A DNA stretch of 64,000 nt from an uncultured Acidimicrobiales bacterium (lineage in GTDB: Bacteria > Actinomycetota > Acidimicrobiia > Acidimicrobiales > JAHEJN01), in the NCBI GenBank assembly GCA_963700995.1, contig CAVOZP010000004.1, positions 170,321-234,320 of the forward strand, written 5' to 3'. Position 1 is the stretch's first letter. Every line of letters starts with the position of its first letter. Below are positions 1 through 8,381 of this stretch, piece after piece. The translations under genes were made by a program, and so were the position numbers. The notes below the pieces were generated by a model. It had not been told where the DNA came from, did not search any database, and was given only the letters and a program-made list of their open reading frames with translations.

Positions 1-40
1 CGCATAGCCATGCTTGGAGCCGTCGCCGCGCCGCTGGTGT

Positions 41-671
41 TCAGCTGAGGTCGTCTTCCATCACGGCCTCGAGCGTGCGTCTCGCAACCGCGGCGTAACG
101 AGCGTTGTCGGCGGAGAATGATCCGACGGCAATGGCCCAAGCCATGGCCCAGCCCCGACCTCGGCGGATGTCGGCTCGACCCACATCGGCGTGTTCGAAG
201 ACGACGGCTCGGGCCGAAGCGTCGAGCATCATCGAGGCCACTCCCAGGTCGCAGGCCGGGTCACCCCCACAGAGATCACCGAAGTCGACGACCGCGCTCA
301 GCCGGCCGCGGTCCACGATGAGATTCCCGGGGTGCAGGTCGCCGAGTACCCACTGCGGCGGGCCGTCCCAGACCGGCGCCGCCAACGCGTCGGACGCACA
401 CTCGCCGGAGGCGAGCGTCGAGTCGGTCGAAGCCACCGAGGCGATCGGTCCGGTCGGCCAACGGTATGCCTCGGTACGGGTTGGTGGGGGCGTCGGCGGG
501 GAAGTTGCACGACGAGCTCTTCGCCGAGACGGAACAACGCGTTGTCCCAACCCGAGGTCAACGGGGGTGAGGTCCAGGCGACGCCAAGTCGGCGTGCTGT
601 GGCGCGAGCAGCCCTCGGACGACAGTGGCGTCGATGTCGACTTCGGCCGCCGGCGCGTTCTGTGTGGCCAC
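41..671 (-). pseudogene. Decayed APH-family (aminoglycoside/choline-kinase-like) phosphotransferase remnant
   Basis: Family blocks occur in three different minus-strand frames. 'EVDIDATVVRGLLAPQHADLA' starts from GTG at 671. 'LTSGWDNALFRLGEELVVQLPRR' lies at about 588-493. 'VWDGPPQWVLGDLHPGNLIVDRGRLSAVVDFGDLCGGDPACDL' is in ORF 41..550. Only about 55 codons separate the LPRR block from the HGDLHPGN loop, which implies an internal deletion. Confidence 0.6.
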
Positions 672-673
672 CG

Positions 674-2137
674 TCAGCTCGTGGCGGCGTCGGGTTCGAG
701 ACGCTCGGCACGAAGGGCGCCGCGGCGGACCTTCCCGGCATCGTCGCGTAGGGGCACCGTGACGAACTCGTAGGTGCGAGGGAGCTTGTAGCGCACCAGT
801 TGTCCGGCGAGGAACCCTGCGAGGTCGTCCTCGATGTCGGCGTCGGCCTCGACGATGGCGTGAATGCGGTTGCCCTTGTCGGCATCGGGCAGACCGATCA
901 CCGCGGCCGACCTCACGGCGGGGTGCTCGTTCAGCGCCGCCTCGACCTCGGCCGGGTAGACGTTGGAGCCGCCGACCAGGATCATGTCGGTGCGTCGGTC
1001 GGCGAGGTACACGAAGCCGTCCTCATCCATCGATCCCATGTCACCGAGACTCTCCCATCCGTCGAGCGACCGGACCTCGGCGCCGACGTACCGGTATGTC
1101 GGGGTGTCACGACCGACCGACCGCATGAAGATCTCACCCACCTCACCGGCAGCAAGGTCGCTGCCGTCGTGGTCACAGATGCGGATCTCCCCGCTGATGA
1201 GTCGGCCGACCGAGCCCGGATGGGCCAGCCAGTCGTGGCCGTCGAGCACCGTGATGGCCTGCCCCTCGGTGCCTGCATAGAGCTCCCAGATCACGTCGGG
1301 GCCGAGCCAGTCGATCCACGCCTGCTTCAACCACCGCGGACAGGGTTCGGCCAGATGGAACGCCACCTTCATCGACGACACGTCGTAGCCGAGACGAACG
1401 GATTCGGGCAGTTTCCAGATGCGCTGCATCATGGTGGGCACGAGGTAGATCGCCTCACCACGGTGGTCCTGGATGGCCCGCAGGGTGGCGTCGGGGTCGA
1501 ATCGCGGGAGCAGTACGACATGGCTGCCGGCCAGCAGGCTGTAGAACGTCCAGACAAACGGGCCGTTGTGGTACAGCGGCCCGGGCATGATCATCGTGTT
1601 GTTGTCACGGGCACCCAGGATGGTCGCCATGGCGGCCATGGGCTCGGTCCATTCCGCAGGGTCTCCCGACACGATGAGCTTCGGCCGGCCCGTCGACCCA
1701 CCCGAGGTTGGTGCCTTCCACGCCGAAGCGATCCGGTCATCGAGGGGAACTGTGCCGGGGGACGTTCGTGGGGGGCGGAAGGCACGGGGCAGGAAGGGAC
1801 GATCGTCGACCTCGACGCCGACGACAAGCGCCGGATCGGCCAGTTCGATCACGGCATCGAGCTCGTGACGTGGCAGTCGTGACGACACGGGTTGCGGAAT
1901 GGCGCCCATCTGCCACACCGCCATGCAGGTGACGACGAACTCGATGGAGTTCGGCTCGGCCACGGTCACGAAGTCGTCGAGGCCGACTCCGAGGTCGTCG
2001 AGGTGGTGGGCGAGGGTCGTGGCCCGTTCCCGCAGCTCGTCGAAGCTCAGCGTGGTGTCACCGAGCGTGAGGGCGGGCCGGTCGCCGTGAGCACTGGCGA
2101 GCTCGGCGAACCGCGCGGGAAACGATGGTTCCTTCAC
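674..2137 (-). CDS. AMP-dependent acyl-CoA synthetase/ligase (FadD-like)
   Basis: 487-aa ORF with the AMP-binding signature 'TSGGSTGRPKLIV', then 'YAGTEG', and a C-terminal '...YKLPRTYEFV...DAGKVRR' typical of adenylate-forming enzymes. Confidence 0.9.
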   Translation of the reverse strand: MKEPSFPARFAELASAHGDRPALTLGDTTLSFDELRERATTLAHHLDDLGVGLDDFVTVAEPNSIEFVVTCMAVWQMGAIPQPVSSRLPRHELDAVIELADPALVVGVEVDDRPFLPRAFRPPRTSPGTVPLDDRIASAWKAPTSGGSTGRPKLIVSGDPAEWTEPMAAMATILGARDNNTMIMPGPLYHNGPFVWTFYSLLAGSHVVLLPRFDPDATLRAIQDHRGEAIYLVPTMMQRIWKLPESVRLGYDVSSMKVAFHLAEPCPRWLKQAWIDWLGPDVIWELYAGTEGQAITVLDGHDWLAHPGSVGRLISGEIRICDHDGSDLAAGEVGEIFMRSVGRDTPTYRYVGAEVRSLDGWESLGDMGSMDEDGFVYLADRRTDMILVGGSNVYPAEVEAALNEHPAVRSAAVIGLPDADKGNRIHAIVEADADIEDDLAGFLAGQLVRYKLPRTYEFVTVPLRDDAGKVRRGALRAERLEPDAATS

Positions 2138-2161
2138 GCGGTCGACGTTAACGGAGACGGG

Positions 2162-2503
2162 TCAGCAGCCGAGGATCTGCCCCAGCGCATCGAGTTGGGG
2201 CTGAGCGATGCGGAACCACGCCCACTTGCCCCGCGGTTCGCGCACGAGGATGCCGGCCTTGACCAGCTGGGTCAGATGATGGCTCACAGTGGGCTGGGAC
2301 CGGTCGAGGGCGGCAGGAAGGTCGCAGGCGCAGATCTCGCGGTCGGGCGCGCTGGCTACGAGCGAGACGATGCGAAGTCGGACGGGGTCGGCGAGCGCCT
2401 TCAACACCACGGCCAGCTCGTTGGCCTGGGCTTCGTCGAGGGGAGCATCGGCGAGCGGGGCACAGCAGCCGGCGATTGTGGGTGATTCGATCACGGTGAA
2501 CAT
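2162..2503 (-). CDS. ArsR/SmtB-family metalloregulator
   Basis: wHTH block 'LKALADPVRLRIVSLVA...EICACDLPAALDRSQPTVSHHLTQLVKAGILV' with a CxC metal/arsenite-type site. Start chosen at ATG 2503 ('MFTVIES'), preceded by GAAGGA. The ORF-track start at 2560 would run into the operator. Confidence 0.85.
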   Translation of the reverse strand: MFTVIESPTIAGCCAPLADAPLDEAQANELAVVLKALADPVRLRIVSLVASAPDREICACDLPAALDRSQPTVSHHLTQLVKAGILVREPRGKWAWFRIAQPQLDALGQILGC

Positions 2504-2544
2504 ATTGACATCCTTCGAAGTGACTGTACACTCATCTACAACCA

Positions 2545-2568
2545 TCACATCGATATGCATCGATGTGA
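2545..2568. promoter_or_regulatory. Perfect 10-4-10 inverted repeat, candidate ArsR operator in the divergent arsR / arsI-cadI promoter region
   Basis: TCACATCGAT-atgc-ATCGATGTGA read directly from the sequence. It lies 28 bp upstream of the 2596 start and 42 bp upstream of the 2503 start. Confidence 0.5.
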
Positions 2569-2595
2569 CAACTGTCCACTTGTCAGGGAGCTCCC

Positions 2596-3012
2596 ATGCG
2601 CGTCCAACTCGCCCTCAACGTGGCCGACCTCGAGCAAGCGGTCGACTTCTACTCGAAGATGTTCGGTGCCGAGCCCGCTCGCGAGCGCCCCGGATACGCC
2701 AACTTTGCCATTGCCGATCCACCGTTGAAGCTCGTTCTCTTCGAGCGGCCCGATCTCCCCGCCGGGTCGCTGAACCACCTCGGTGTCGAGACCGAGACGG
2801 CCGATGAAGTGGCCGACGCCGAAGCCCGGCTGTCCGGTGAGGGCCTGTCGACCACCGGTGTCGACGACACAGCGTGCTGTTACGCCACCAAGACCGAGAC
2901 CTGGGTCGACGGCCCCGAGGGTCACCGGTGGGAATGGTACGTACGCACCGGCGACAGTGAGCACCTCGCCAATGTCGTCCTCGCCGGTGGCGCGGAAACC
3001 TGCTGCGGCTGA
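2596..3012 (+). CDS. ArsI/CadI-family VOC (glyoxalase-fold) metalloenzyme
   Basis: 138 aa. 'MRVQLALNVADLEQAVDFYSKMFG' VOC N-terminus, 'LNHLGVE' metal ligand region, and the vicinal-cysteine motif 'DDTACCYATKTETWV' characteristic of ArsI/CadI. Divergent from the ArsR gene. Confidence 0.85.
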   Translation: MRVQLALNVADLEQAVDFYSKMFGAEPARERPGYANFAIADPPLKLVLFERPDLPAGSLNHLGVETETADEVADAEARLSGEGLSTTGVDDTACCYATKTETWVDGPEGHRWEWYVRTGDSEHLANVVLAGGAETCCG

Positions 3013-3052
3013 GCGTCGGCACGACCCCAGGCCGCCCTAGTCTTGGCGGCTC

Positions 3053-3811
3053 GTGGACTTCACCGCCGATCCGTCGACCCTCCTGCTGCTGTTCGGTGCC
3101 GCAACTCTCGCCGGCTTCGTCGACGCCATCGCCGGGGGAGGAGGCCTCATCACCCTCCCCGCCCTGCTCGTGGCCGGCGTCACGCCCCTCAGTGCACTGG
3201 GCACCAACAAGGCGCAATCGGTGTTCGGCTCGGCTACGGCCTCGACCACGCTCATTCGCAAGAAGGTCGTCTCGATACGAGAAGTGGCACCACCCTTCGT
3301 CCGAGCCGCGGTCGGCTCGGCCATCGGGGCGATGGTTGTGCGTCAGTTCGACACCGACGCGCTCGACATCGTCATCCCGGTCGTCCTGGTGCTCATCGGC
3401 GGATACTTCCTGTTCGTGCCGTCGGCGGGGGAGTTCGAGAGCACCCCGCGGCTGTCGGTGCCCGTGTACCGCAACACCGTGGTGCCGGCCATCGGTGCCT
3501 ACGACGGGTTGCTCGGGCCGGGCACGGGCTCGTTCTTCGCCCTGTCGGGGGTGGCGCTCCGGGGCCTGCAGTTGGTGAAGGCAACGGCCGTGGCCAAGAC
3601 CCTGAACTTCGCTTCGAATGCGGCGGCGCTCGCCGTCTTCATCGTGGGTGGTGAGGTGGTGTGGAAGGCGGCGCTGGCCATGATGGGCGGTCAGGCCATG
3701 GGCGCCTTCGCCGGGGCTCACACCATGGTGCGAGGCGGAACTCGTCTGATCCGTCCGATGGTGGTTGTCATGTCGGTTGCCATGCTGGTGCGCTACTTCG
3801 CCTCGTCGTGA
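3053..3811 (+). CDS. TSUP-family (TauE/SafE) sulfite/anion exporter membrane protein
   Basis: 252-aa polytopic protein. 'GFVDAIAGGGGLITLPALLVAGVTPLSALGTNK' is the typical TSUP N-terminal motif. Confidence 0.85.
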   Translation: MDFTADPSTLLLLFGAATLAGFVDAIAGGGGLITLPALLVAGVTPLSALGTNKAQSVFGSATASTTLIRKKVVSIREVAPPFVRAAVGSAIGAMVVRQFDTDALDIVIPVVLVLIGGYFLFVPSAGEFESTPRLSVPVYRNTVVPAIGAYDGLLGPGTGSFFALSGVALRGLQLVKATAVAKTLNFASNAAALAVFIVGGEVVWKAALAMMGGQAMGAFAGAHTMVRGGTRLIRPMVVVMSVAMLVRYFASS

Positions 3812-3849
3812 CCCCGAAGGGAACGGACGCGAAATCGGCGATACGGGGC

Positions 3850-5604
3850 TCAGGTGCGGAGCTCGTCGGGATAGGGGAACCACCGGAGGTGCTCGAAGTC
3901 GGCGTTGGTGTCGGGCGGGCCGATCGGTTCGGGCAGTGCCTCGCCGGCTCGGGCGCACAGGTCGCGCGCAACCCCGATGAGGCCGTCGAAGTCGACCGAG
4001 CGCTCACGGTGTCGGCGATTCTCGAAGCGCATCTCGCCCGAGCTGTAGCTGATGTCGAAGAGGCTCATCGGCGGCTCGGCCTGGCCGTTGCGGTGATGCC
4101 ACAGGCCCGAGTCGGGCTCGAACCGGTAGTAGGGCATGAGCGCCGCACCCTGATCGGCGATCAGGTGCACCGCCGCCAGGAGGTACTGGAACGTCGAGTC
4201 GTCGATGAAGTAGTTGAAGCTCAGCCGCACCCATCCCGGCTTGATGCCCTCGCAGCCGCGATTGATCTCGCGCTCGAACTCATGGGACCGTTCGAGATCG
4301 ATGCCGAGCAAACGGTGCCCGTAGGGCCCTGCACACGAACACCCGCCACGCGACTGGATGCCGAAGAGATCGTTGAGCAACGCCACCACGTAGTTGTGGT
4401 GCAGCATTCCCGCACCGTGGCGGACGATGAACGAGACGATAGACAGGCGTTCGGCTTCGTGGCTGCCGAGAATGTGGAGGTTCGGGTTGGCCGACCACGA
4501 CGTGATCGCCCGGTGCACGAAGTCGTCCTCCCGTCGGCGGATCTCGTCGACCCCGACGGCCTCTTTGAGCTGGAAGATGAGCCCGGCTCGGATGGCGCCG
4601 ACGATGTCGGGGGTACCGCCTTCTTCACGATGCTGCACATCGGGCAGGTAGTCATGGTGGGTGGGGTTCACATAGGCCACCGTTCCACCCCCCGGCACAC
4701 TGGGCACCCGGTTGGCGAACAGCTCTTTGCGGGCCACGAGCACTCCCGGCGTGCCCGGACCGCCGATGAGCTTGTGGGGGGAGATGAAGACGGCGTCCTT
4801 GTAGGCCAGATCGGGCTGTCCGGTGTCGTCGACCTCGTCGGCTGAAAGCATCTCGATCGATACGTACGGCGCAGCGGCCGCGAAATCCCAGAACGACAGT
4901 GCCCCGTGGTCGTGCAGCAGGCGCGAGACGGCGGCGGTGTCGGTGAGGATTCCCGTGACGTTCGATGCGGCCGAGAACGAACCGATCTTCAGCGGGCGAT
5001 CGGCGTGGCGCTCGAGCTCGGAGCGGAGGTGAACGAGGCTGATGTGACCGTCGGCATCCTCGTCGATGGTCACGACATCAGCGATCGACTCCCGCCACGG
5101 CAACTCGTTGGAATGGTGCTCGAAGGGACCGATGAACACGACCGGGCGTTCCACCGGAGGAATCGTGGCCACGAATCCGTAACGATCGTCGAGGACCGAG
5201 GGCACGCGCAGGCCCATCACCCCGATCAGCTTGTCGATGGCATGGGTGGCGCCACTGCCGCAGAACACCACCACGTGTTCGTCGCCGGCGCCGGTGCAGC
5301 GCCGGATCATCTCCCTGGCCTCTTCCCGGAACCGGGTGGTCTGGAGGCCGGTACCCGACGACTCGGTGTGAGTGTTCGCGTACAGCGGTAGCACGACGTC
5401 GCGGAGATAGTCCTCGATGAACGACAGTGAGCGACCGGATGCGGTGTAGTCGGCGTACACCACGGGTCGGGATCCGAAGGGGGTGACCACCGTGTCGTCG
5501 CGTCCGATGACCGCGCCGCGGACGGTGTCGATCAGTTCGGCAGCAGACATGTCTCCATTGTGCCCGACCTTGCCGGTCTGGGACGCGGCCCCGTCGCCGT
5601 TCAT
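3850..5604 (-). CDS. Class-V aminotransferase-fold PLP enzyme (cysteine desulfurase / C-S lyase-like) with a long C-terminal extension
   Basis: 'YADYTASGRSL..IEDY...LYANTHTESSGTG' and the PLP-lysine region 'ISPHKLIGGPGTPGVLVARKELF'. Start taken at ATG 5604, which overlaps the upstream ORF stop (gcATGAac). Confidence 0.85.
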   Translation of the reverse strand: MNGDGAASQTGKVGHNGDMSAAELIDTVRGAVIGRDDTVVTPFGSRPVVYADYTASGRSLSFIEDYLRDVVLPLYANTHTESSGTGLQTTRFREEAREMIRRCTGAGDEHVVVFCGSGATHAIDKLIGVMGLRVPSVLDDRYGFVATIPPVERPVVFIGPFEHHSNELPWRESIADVVTIDEDADGHISLVHLRSELERHADRPLKIGSFSAASNVTGILTDTAAVSRLLHDHGALSFWDFAAAAPYVSIEMLSADEVDDTGQPDLAYKDAVFISPHKLIGGPGTPGVLVARKELFANRVPSVPGGGTVAYVNPTHHDYLPDVQHREEGGTPDIVGAIRAGLIFQLKEAVGVDEIRRREDDFVHRAITSWSANPNLHILGSHEAERLSIVSFIVRHGAGMLHHNYVVALLNDLFGIQSRGGCSCAGPYGHRLLGIDLERSHEFEREINRGCEGIKPGWVRLSFNYFIDDSTFQYLLAAVHLIADQGAALMPYYRFEPDSGLWHHRNGQAEPPMSLFDISYSSGEMRFENRRHRERSVDFDGLIGVARDLCARAGEALPEPIGPPDTNADFEHLRWFPYPDELRT

Positions 5605-5843
5605 GCGAAGTCCATGACGGCCACGTCGGGTGCCGGCGTGCGGGAGCACTCCCCGAGATGACGGGGACCGCGGGAGCGGAAGGCACGCTCGACGAGGTCT
5701 CCGTAGGAACGGCGGACCGCGGCGCGTTGTTCGTCTCGGGCGCGTGCATTGCGGGGCTTCACCACCCGACCGATCGTGGAGGCCATCGACACCGGCGACA
5801 CGAGGGAGCCGTAGCCGAAGACCCAGAGCGAGTCAGTTGCCAC
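5601..5843 (-). CDS. Small 80-aa ORF with a gamma-glutamylcyclotransferase/ChaC-like N-terminal motif
   Basis: GTG at 5843 overlaps the M20 stop (GTGGCAACTGA). Its stop overlaps the next ATG (ATGA). GC-rich third positions. N-terminus 'ATDSLWVFGYGSLVSP' resembles the 'FGYGSL' GGCT/ChaC signature. The rest is Arg-rich and much shorter than known family members. Confidence 0.45.
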   Translation of the reverse strand: MATDSLWVFGYGSLVSPVSMASTIGRVVKPRNARARDEQRAAVRRSYGDLVERAFRSRGPRHLGECSRTPAPDVAVMDFA

Positions 5844-7059
5844 CGGGGCCCGGGCTCGCGAAGAACTCGTGGACCGAGGCGACCACCGTACGGACGCCGA
5901 CGGCGATGGCCCGTTCATCGACGTCGAAGCGGCCGGCGTGGAGGTCGAGCCGGGGTCCGCCGGCCTCGACGTTGTGTACGCCGAGTCGGATGTAGGTACC
6001 GGGCACCTCGCGAGTGAACCACGCGAAGTCATCACCGCCCCAGCTCTGCACCGCCGGCGTGACCGCATCGGTCCCGAACTCGGCCGTGGCGGCTCGACGA
6101 ACGATGTCGGTGACCACCTCGGCATTCACGAGCGGGGGCACACCGTGGGTGTAGTCGAGCTCCCAGCCGGCGTCGGTGCCGGCCAACAGCTTCTCGAGCT
6201 CGTCACGCACCACGTCGGACATGCGCTCCCAGACGTGGACCGAGGGTGTGCGCACCGACGCACGGAGCTCGCAGTTCGTCGGGATGACATTGGCTGCGTC
6301 CCCGGCATGGATCGCGCCGAAGACCAACTTGACGTTGTCGGGGCCGCCGAGCGCAGACGCAACGTTGTGAGGCAGCTCGGACACGATCCTCGCGGCCAGC
6401 GTGACCATGTCGACGGTTTCTTCGGGCCGGGCAGTGTGACCCCCGGGTCCGGTCAGAAGGATTCGAGCGATATCGGCGGCGCTGGTGATGGGTCCGGCCT
6501 TGAGGCCGATGCGTCCGACATCGACCTTGGGGTCGCAGTGGACGCCGATGATGCCGTCGACGCCGTGGAGGGCGTCGTCGGCAATCGCGTCGAGGGCGCC
6601 GCCAGGCACGCGCTCCTCGGCGGGTTGGAAGATCATCCGCAACCGCCCGGGCAGCTCGTCGGCATGGTGGGCGAAGTACAGCGCCGCGCCGAGCATCACC
6701 GTGGTGTGGACGTCGTGACCGCAGGCATGGGAGACACCGGGGACCTGGCTCCGGTAGGGGACGTCCTTCTCGTCGTGCATACCGAGCGCGTCGAGATCGG
6801 CCCGTAGGGCCAGGATGCGCCCAGCCACCTGACCGGCATCGAGCTCACACAGCAGTCCGGTGCCACTCGACAGACGTCGGGGTGAGAGGCCAGCCAGCTC
6901 GAGTCGTTCGAGGACGATGTCGGTGGTTGCGTGTTCCTGGCCGCTCAGCTCGGGGTGGGCGTGCAGGTTGCGCCGGAGCGCGATCAGGCCTTCACCGTGC
7001 TCGGTCAGCCAGGCATCGATCGATCGTTCGACGGCATGGGCCGTGGGCGCGGCGGTCAT
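5833..7059 (-). CDS. M20D-family amidohydrolase (N-acyl-amino-acid / hippurate hydrolase-like)
   Basis: 408 aa. 'LRRNLHAHPELSGQEHATT', 'ALRADLDALGM', 'HACGHDVHTTVMLGAA', 'RMIFQPAEE' are typical M20D blocks. Confidence 0.9.
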   Translation of the reverse strand: MTAAPTAHAVERSIDAWLTEHGEGLIALRRNLHAHPELSGQEHATTDIVLERLELAGLSPRRLSSGTGLLCELDAGQVAGRILALRADLDALGMHDEKDVPYRSQVPGVSHACGHDVHTTVMLGAALYFAHHADELPGRLRMIFQPAEERVPGGALDAIADDALHGVDGIIGVHCDPKVDVGRIGLKAGPITSAADIARILLTGPGGHTARPEETVDMVTLAARIVSELPHNVASALGGPDNVKLVFGAIHAGDAANVIPTNCELRASVRTPSVHVWERMSDVVRDELEKLLAGTDAGWELDYTHGVPPLVNAEVVTDIVRRAATAEFGTDAVTPAVQSWGGDDFAWFTREVPGTYIRLGVHNVEAGGPRLDLHAGRFDVDERAIAVGVRTVVASVHEFFASPGPGGN

Positions 7060-8207
7060 GCCCGGGGACGGTCGTCAGCGAGTTCCTTGGCGAGGTGATG
7101 CACCACGTCGACGAGACTACCGCCGCCAGCGATCACGCGACGTTGCCGCGCGGTGCCGGAACCACCGTCCAGGATCGTGAGCACGTCGCCGAGCTCGGCG
7201 ACGGAACCCAGTTCCTCGGCGATCGGCCTGAGCTCCTCGACGAGCTCGACCACCAGGTCGCGAACCGGACGCCGGTGCACGGTGCCGAGCTCGAGATCTT
7301 CGACGATGAGTGATGCCTCGATGCCGTAGCGCCCGGCGAGCCAGCGATTCTCACGGACGGTCCAGTCACGGGGTGGCGCCGGCAGGTCGTCGTCGTCGAT
7401 GCGGCGGTTGCACCACACCACCAGCGCCTGGGCCAGCGCGGTCAGAGCCGTGGCCTCGGTGAGGGTCGGTGTGGCATCGCACATGCGGAACTCGATGGTT
7501 CCGAAGTCGGGGTGCGGTCGGATGTCCCACCACACCTCTCGGATCGACGAGATGCATCCCGAGTCGAGCAAGGTCGACATGAATGCCTCGAAGTCCACCC
7601 AACCGGAGATGTGGGGCGGGAGACCGGCGGTCGGAAGCGCCTCGAACACCTTCGACCTCGCCGAGGCGAGACCGGAGTCCTCCCCCTCGAAGAACGGGCT
7701 CGATGCCGAGAGCGCGAGGAAGAGCGGAAGGTGGCGGGTCAGCTCATTGATCACGGCGATGGCCCGTTCGCCGTCGACGACCCCGACGTGTACGTGCATC
7801 CCACAGATCAGCAGCCGTCGCGCCGGCCACTGCATCGCTTCGATGAGCTCGTGATAGCGGGGGGAGGGGCTGATGAGCTGCGCACTGGCCATGCCGAACG
7901 GGTGCGTTCCCGAGCTGATGGGCATCATCCCGCGACGGTCGAGCGCCTCGGTGAGCTCGTCGAGGGTCGCTCGGAGATCGCGGTGCGCCTCGGCCGGGCT
8001 CCGACAGACATCGGTGATGAGCTCCACCGTGCTCTGGAAGAGCTCGTGCTTGGCGCGGGGGTGCTCACCACCCGGATGGGTCAGCCCCATCTCCTCGAGC
8101 ACCTCGGTGGCCGCCGAGACGAGTTCGCCGGTCTCGCGATCGACGAGATGGAACTCGACCTCGACACCCACGGTGGGGAAGTCGTTGCGAGTGAATTCGA
8201 TCGTCAT
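7056..8207 (-). CDS. Carboxylate-amine ligase, glutamate-cysteine ligase family 2 (YbdK/GCS2)
   Basis: 'FTVGVEVEFHLVD', 'HPFG', 'CGMHVHVGV' GCS2 blocks. Start at ATG 8207 ('MTIEF'). Its stop overlaps the M20 start by 4 bp. Confidence 0.9.
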   Translation of the reverse strand: MTIEFTRNDFPTVGVEVEFHLVDRETGELVSAATEVLEEMGLTHPGGEHPRAKHELFQSTVELITDVCRSPAEAHRDLRATLDELTEALDRRGMMPISSGTHPFGMASAQLISPSPRYHELIEAMQWPARRLLICGMHVHVGVVDGERAIAVINELTRHLPLFLALSASSPFFEGEDSGLASARSKVFEALPTAGLPPHISGWVDFEAFMSTLLDSGCISSIREVWWDIRPHPDFGTIEFRMCDATPTLTEATALTALAQALVVWCNRRIDDDDLPAPPRDWTVRENRWLAGRYGIEASLIVEDLELGTVHRRPVRDLVVELVEELRPIAEELGSVAELGDVLTILDGGSGTARQRRVIAGGGSLVDVVHHLAKELADDRPRA

Positions 8208-8381
8208 GATGCGCGGTCTCGGCCCCTCGTTTCGCCAGGCCGACAATGGTACGCGAGCCGAGCCCGGGGCGGCTCGTGAGCCGTCTGGTCGCGGCTGAGT
8301 TTATCGCGCAATCCGAACACGTTCTGACTCAATGTGGGGGTGAAACCCCACTCAGCGTGGTAAACGGCTACGGTCACCGTC

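Noticed and set aside
1-40. Possible start of another minus-strand gene leaving the window (ATG at 9-11 on the minus strand)
   Set aside because: Only a few codons are visible, so nothing can be supported.
2615-3958. Long ORFs antisense to or overlapping clear genes (for example 2615..3958, 12470..14302, 19901..22309, 26576..27943, 37477..38550, 52086..54830)
   Set aside because: Their translations are Arg/Pro/Gly/His-rich low-complexity strings with no motifs. They lie opposite genes with strong family signatures. Such stop-free antisense frames are expected in very GC-rich DNA.
5550-5649. Alternative starts for the class-V PLP gene (ORF-track start 5649, or 'MSAAELID' at 5550)
   Set aside because: ATG 5604 forms an ATGA overlap with the upstream small ORF, matching the coupling seen at the other operon junctions. 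The 5649 start would overlap that ORF by 49 bp. ATG 5550 remains possible.
8300-8381. Hairpin GTGGGG-gtgaaa-CCCCAC and flanking pairing upstream of the CAP-domain gene, considered as a riboswitch (ydaO/c-di-AMP-like)
   Set aside because: There is only a short 6-bp stem with weak flanking complementarity. I could not match the conserved ydaO core by eye, and the evidence is insufficient without a covariance-model scan.
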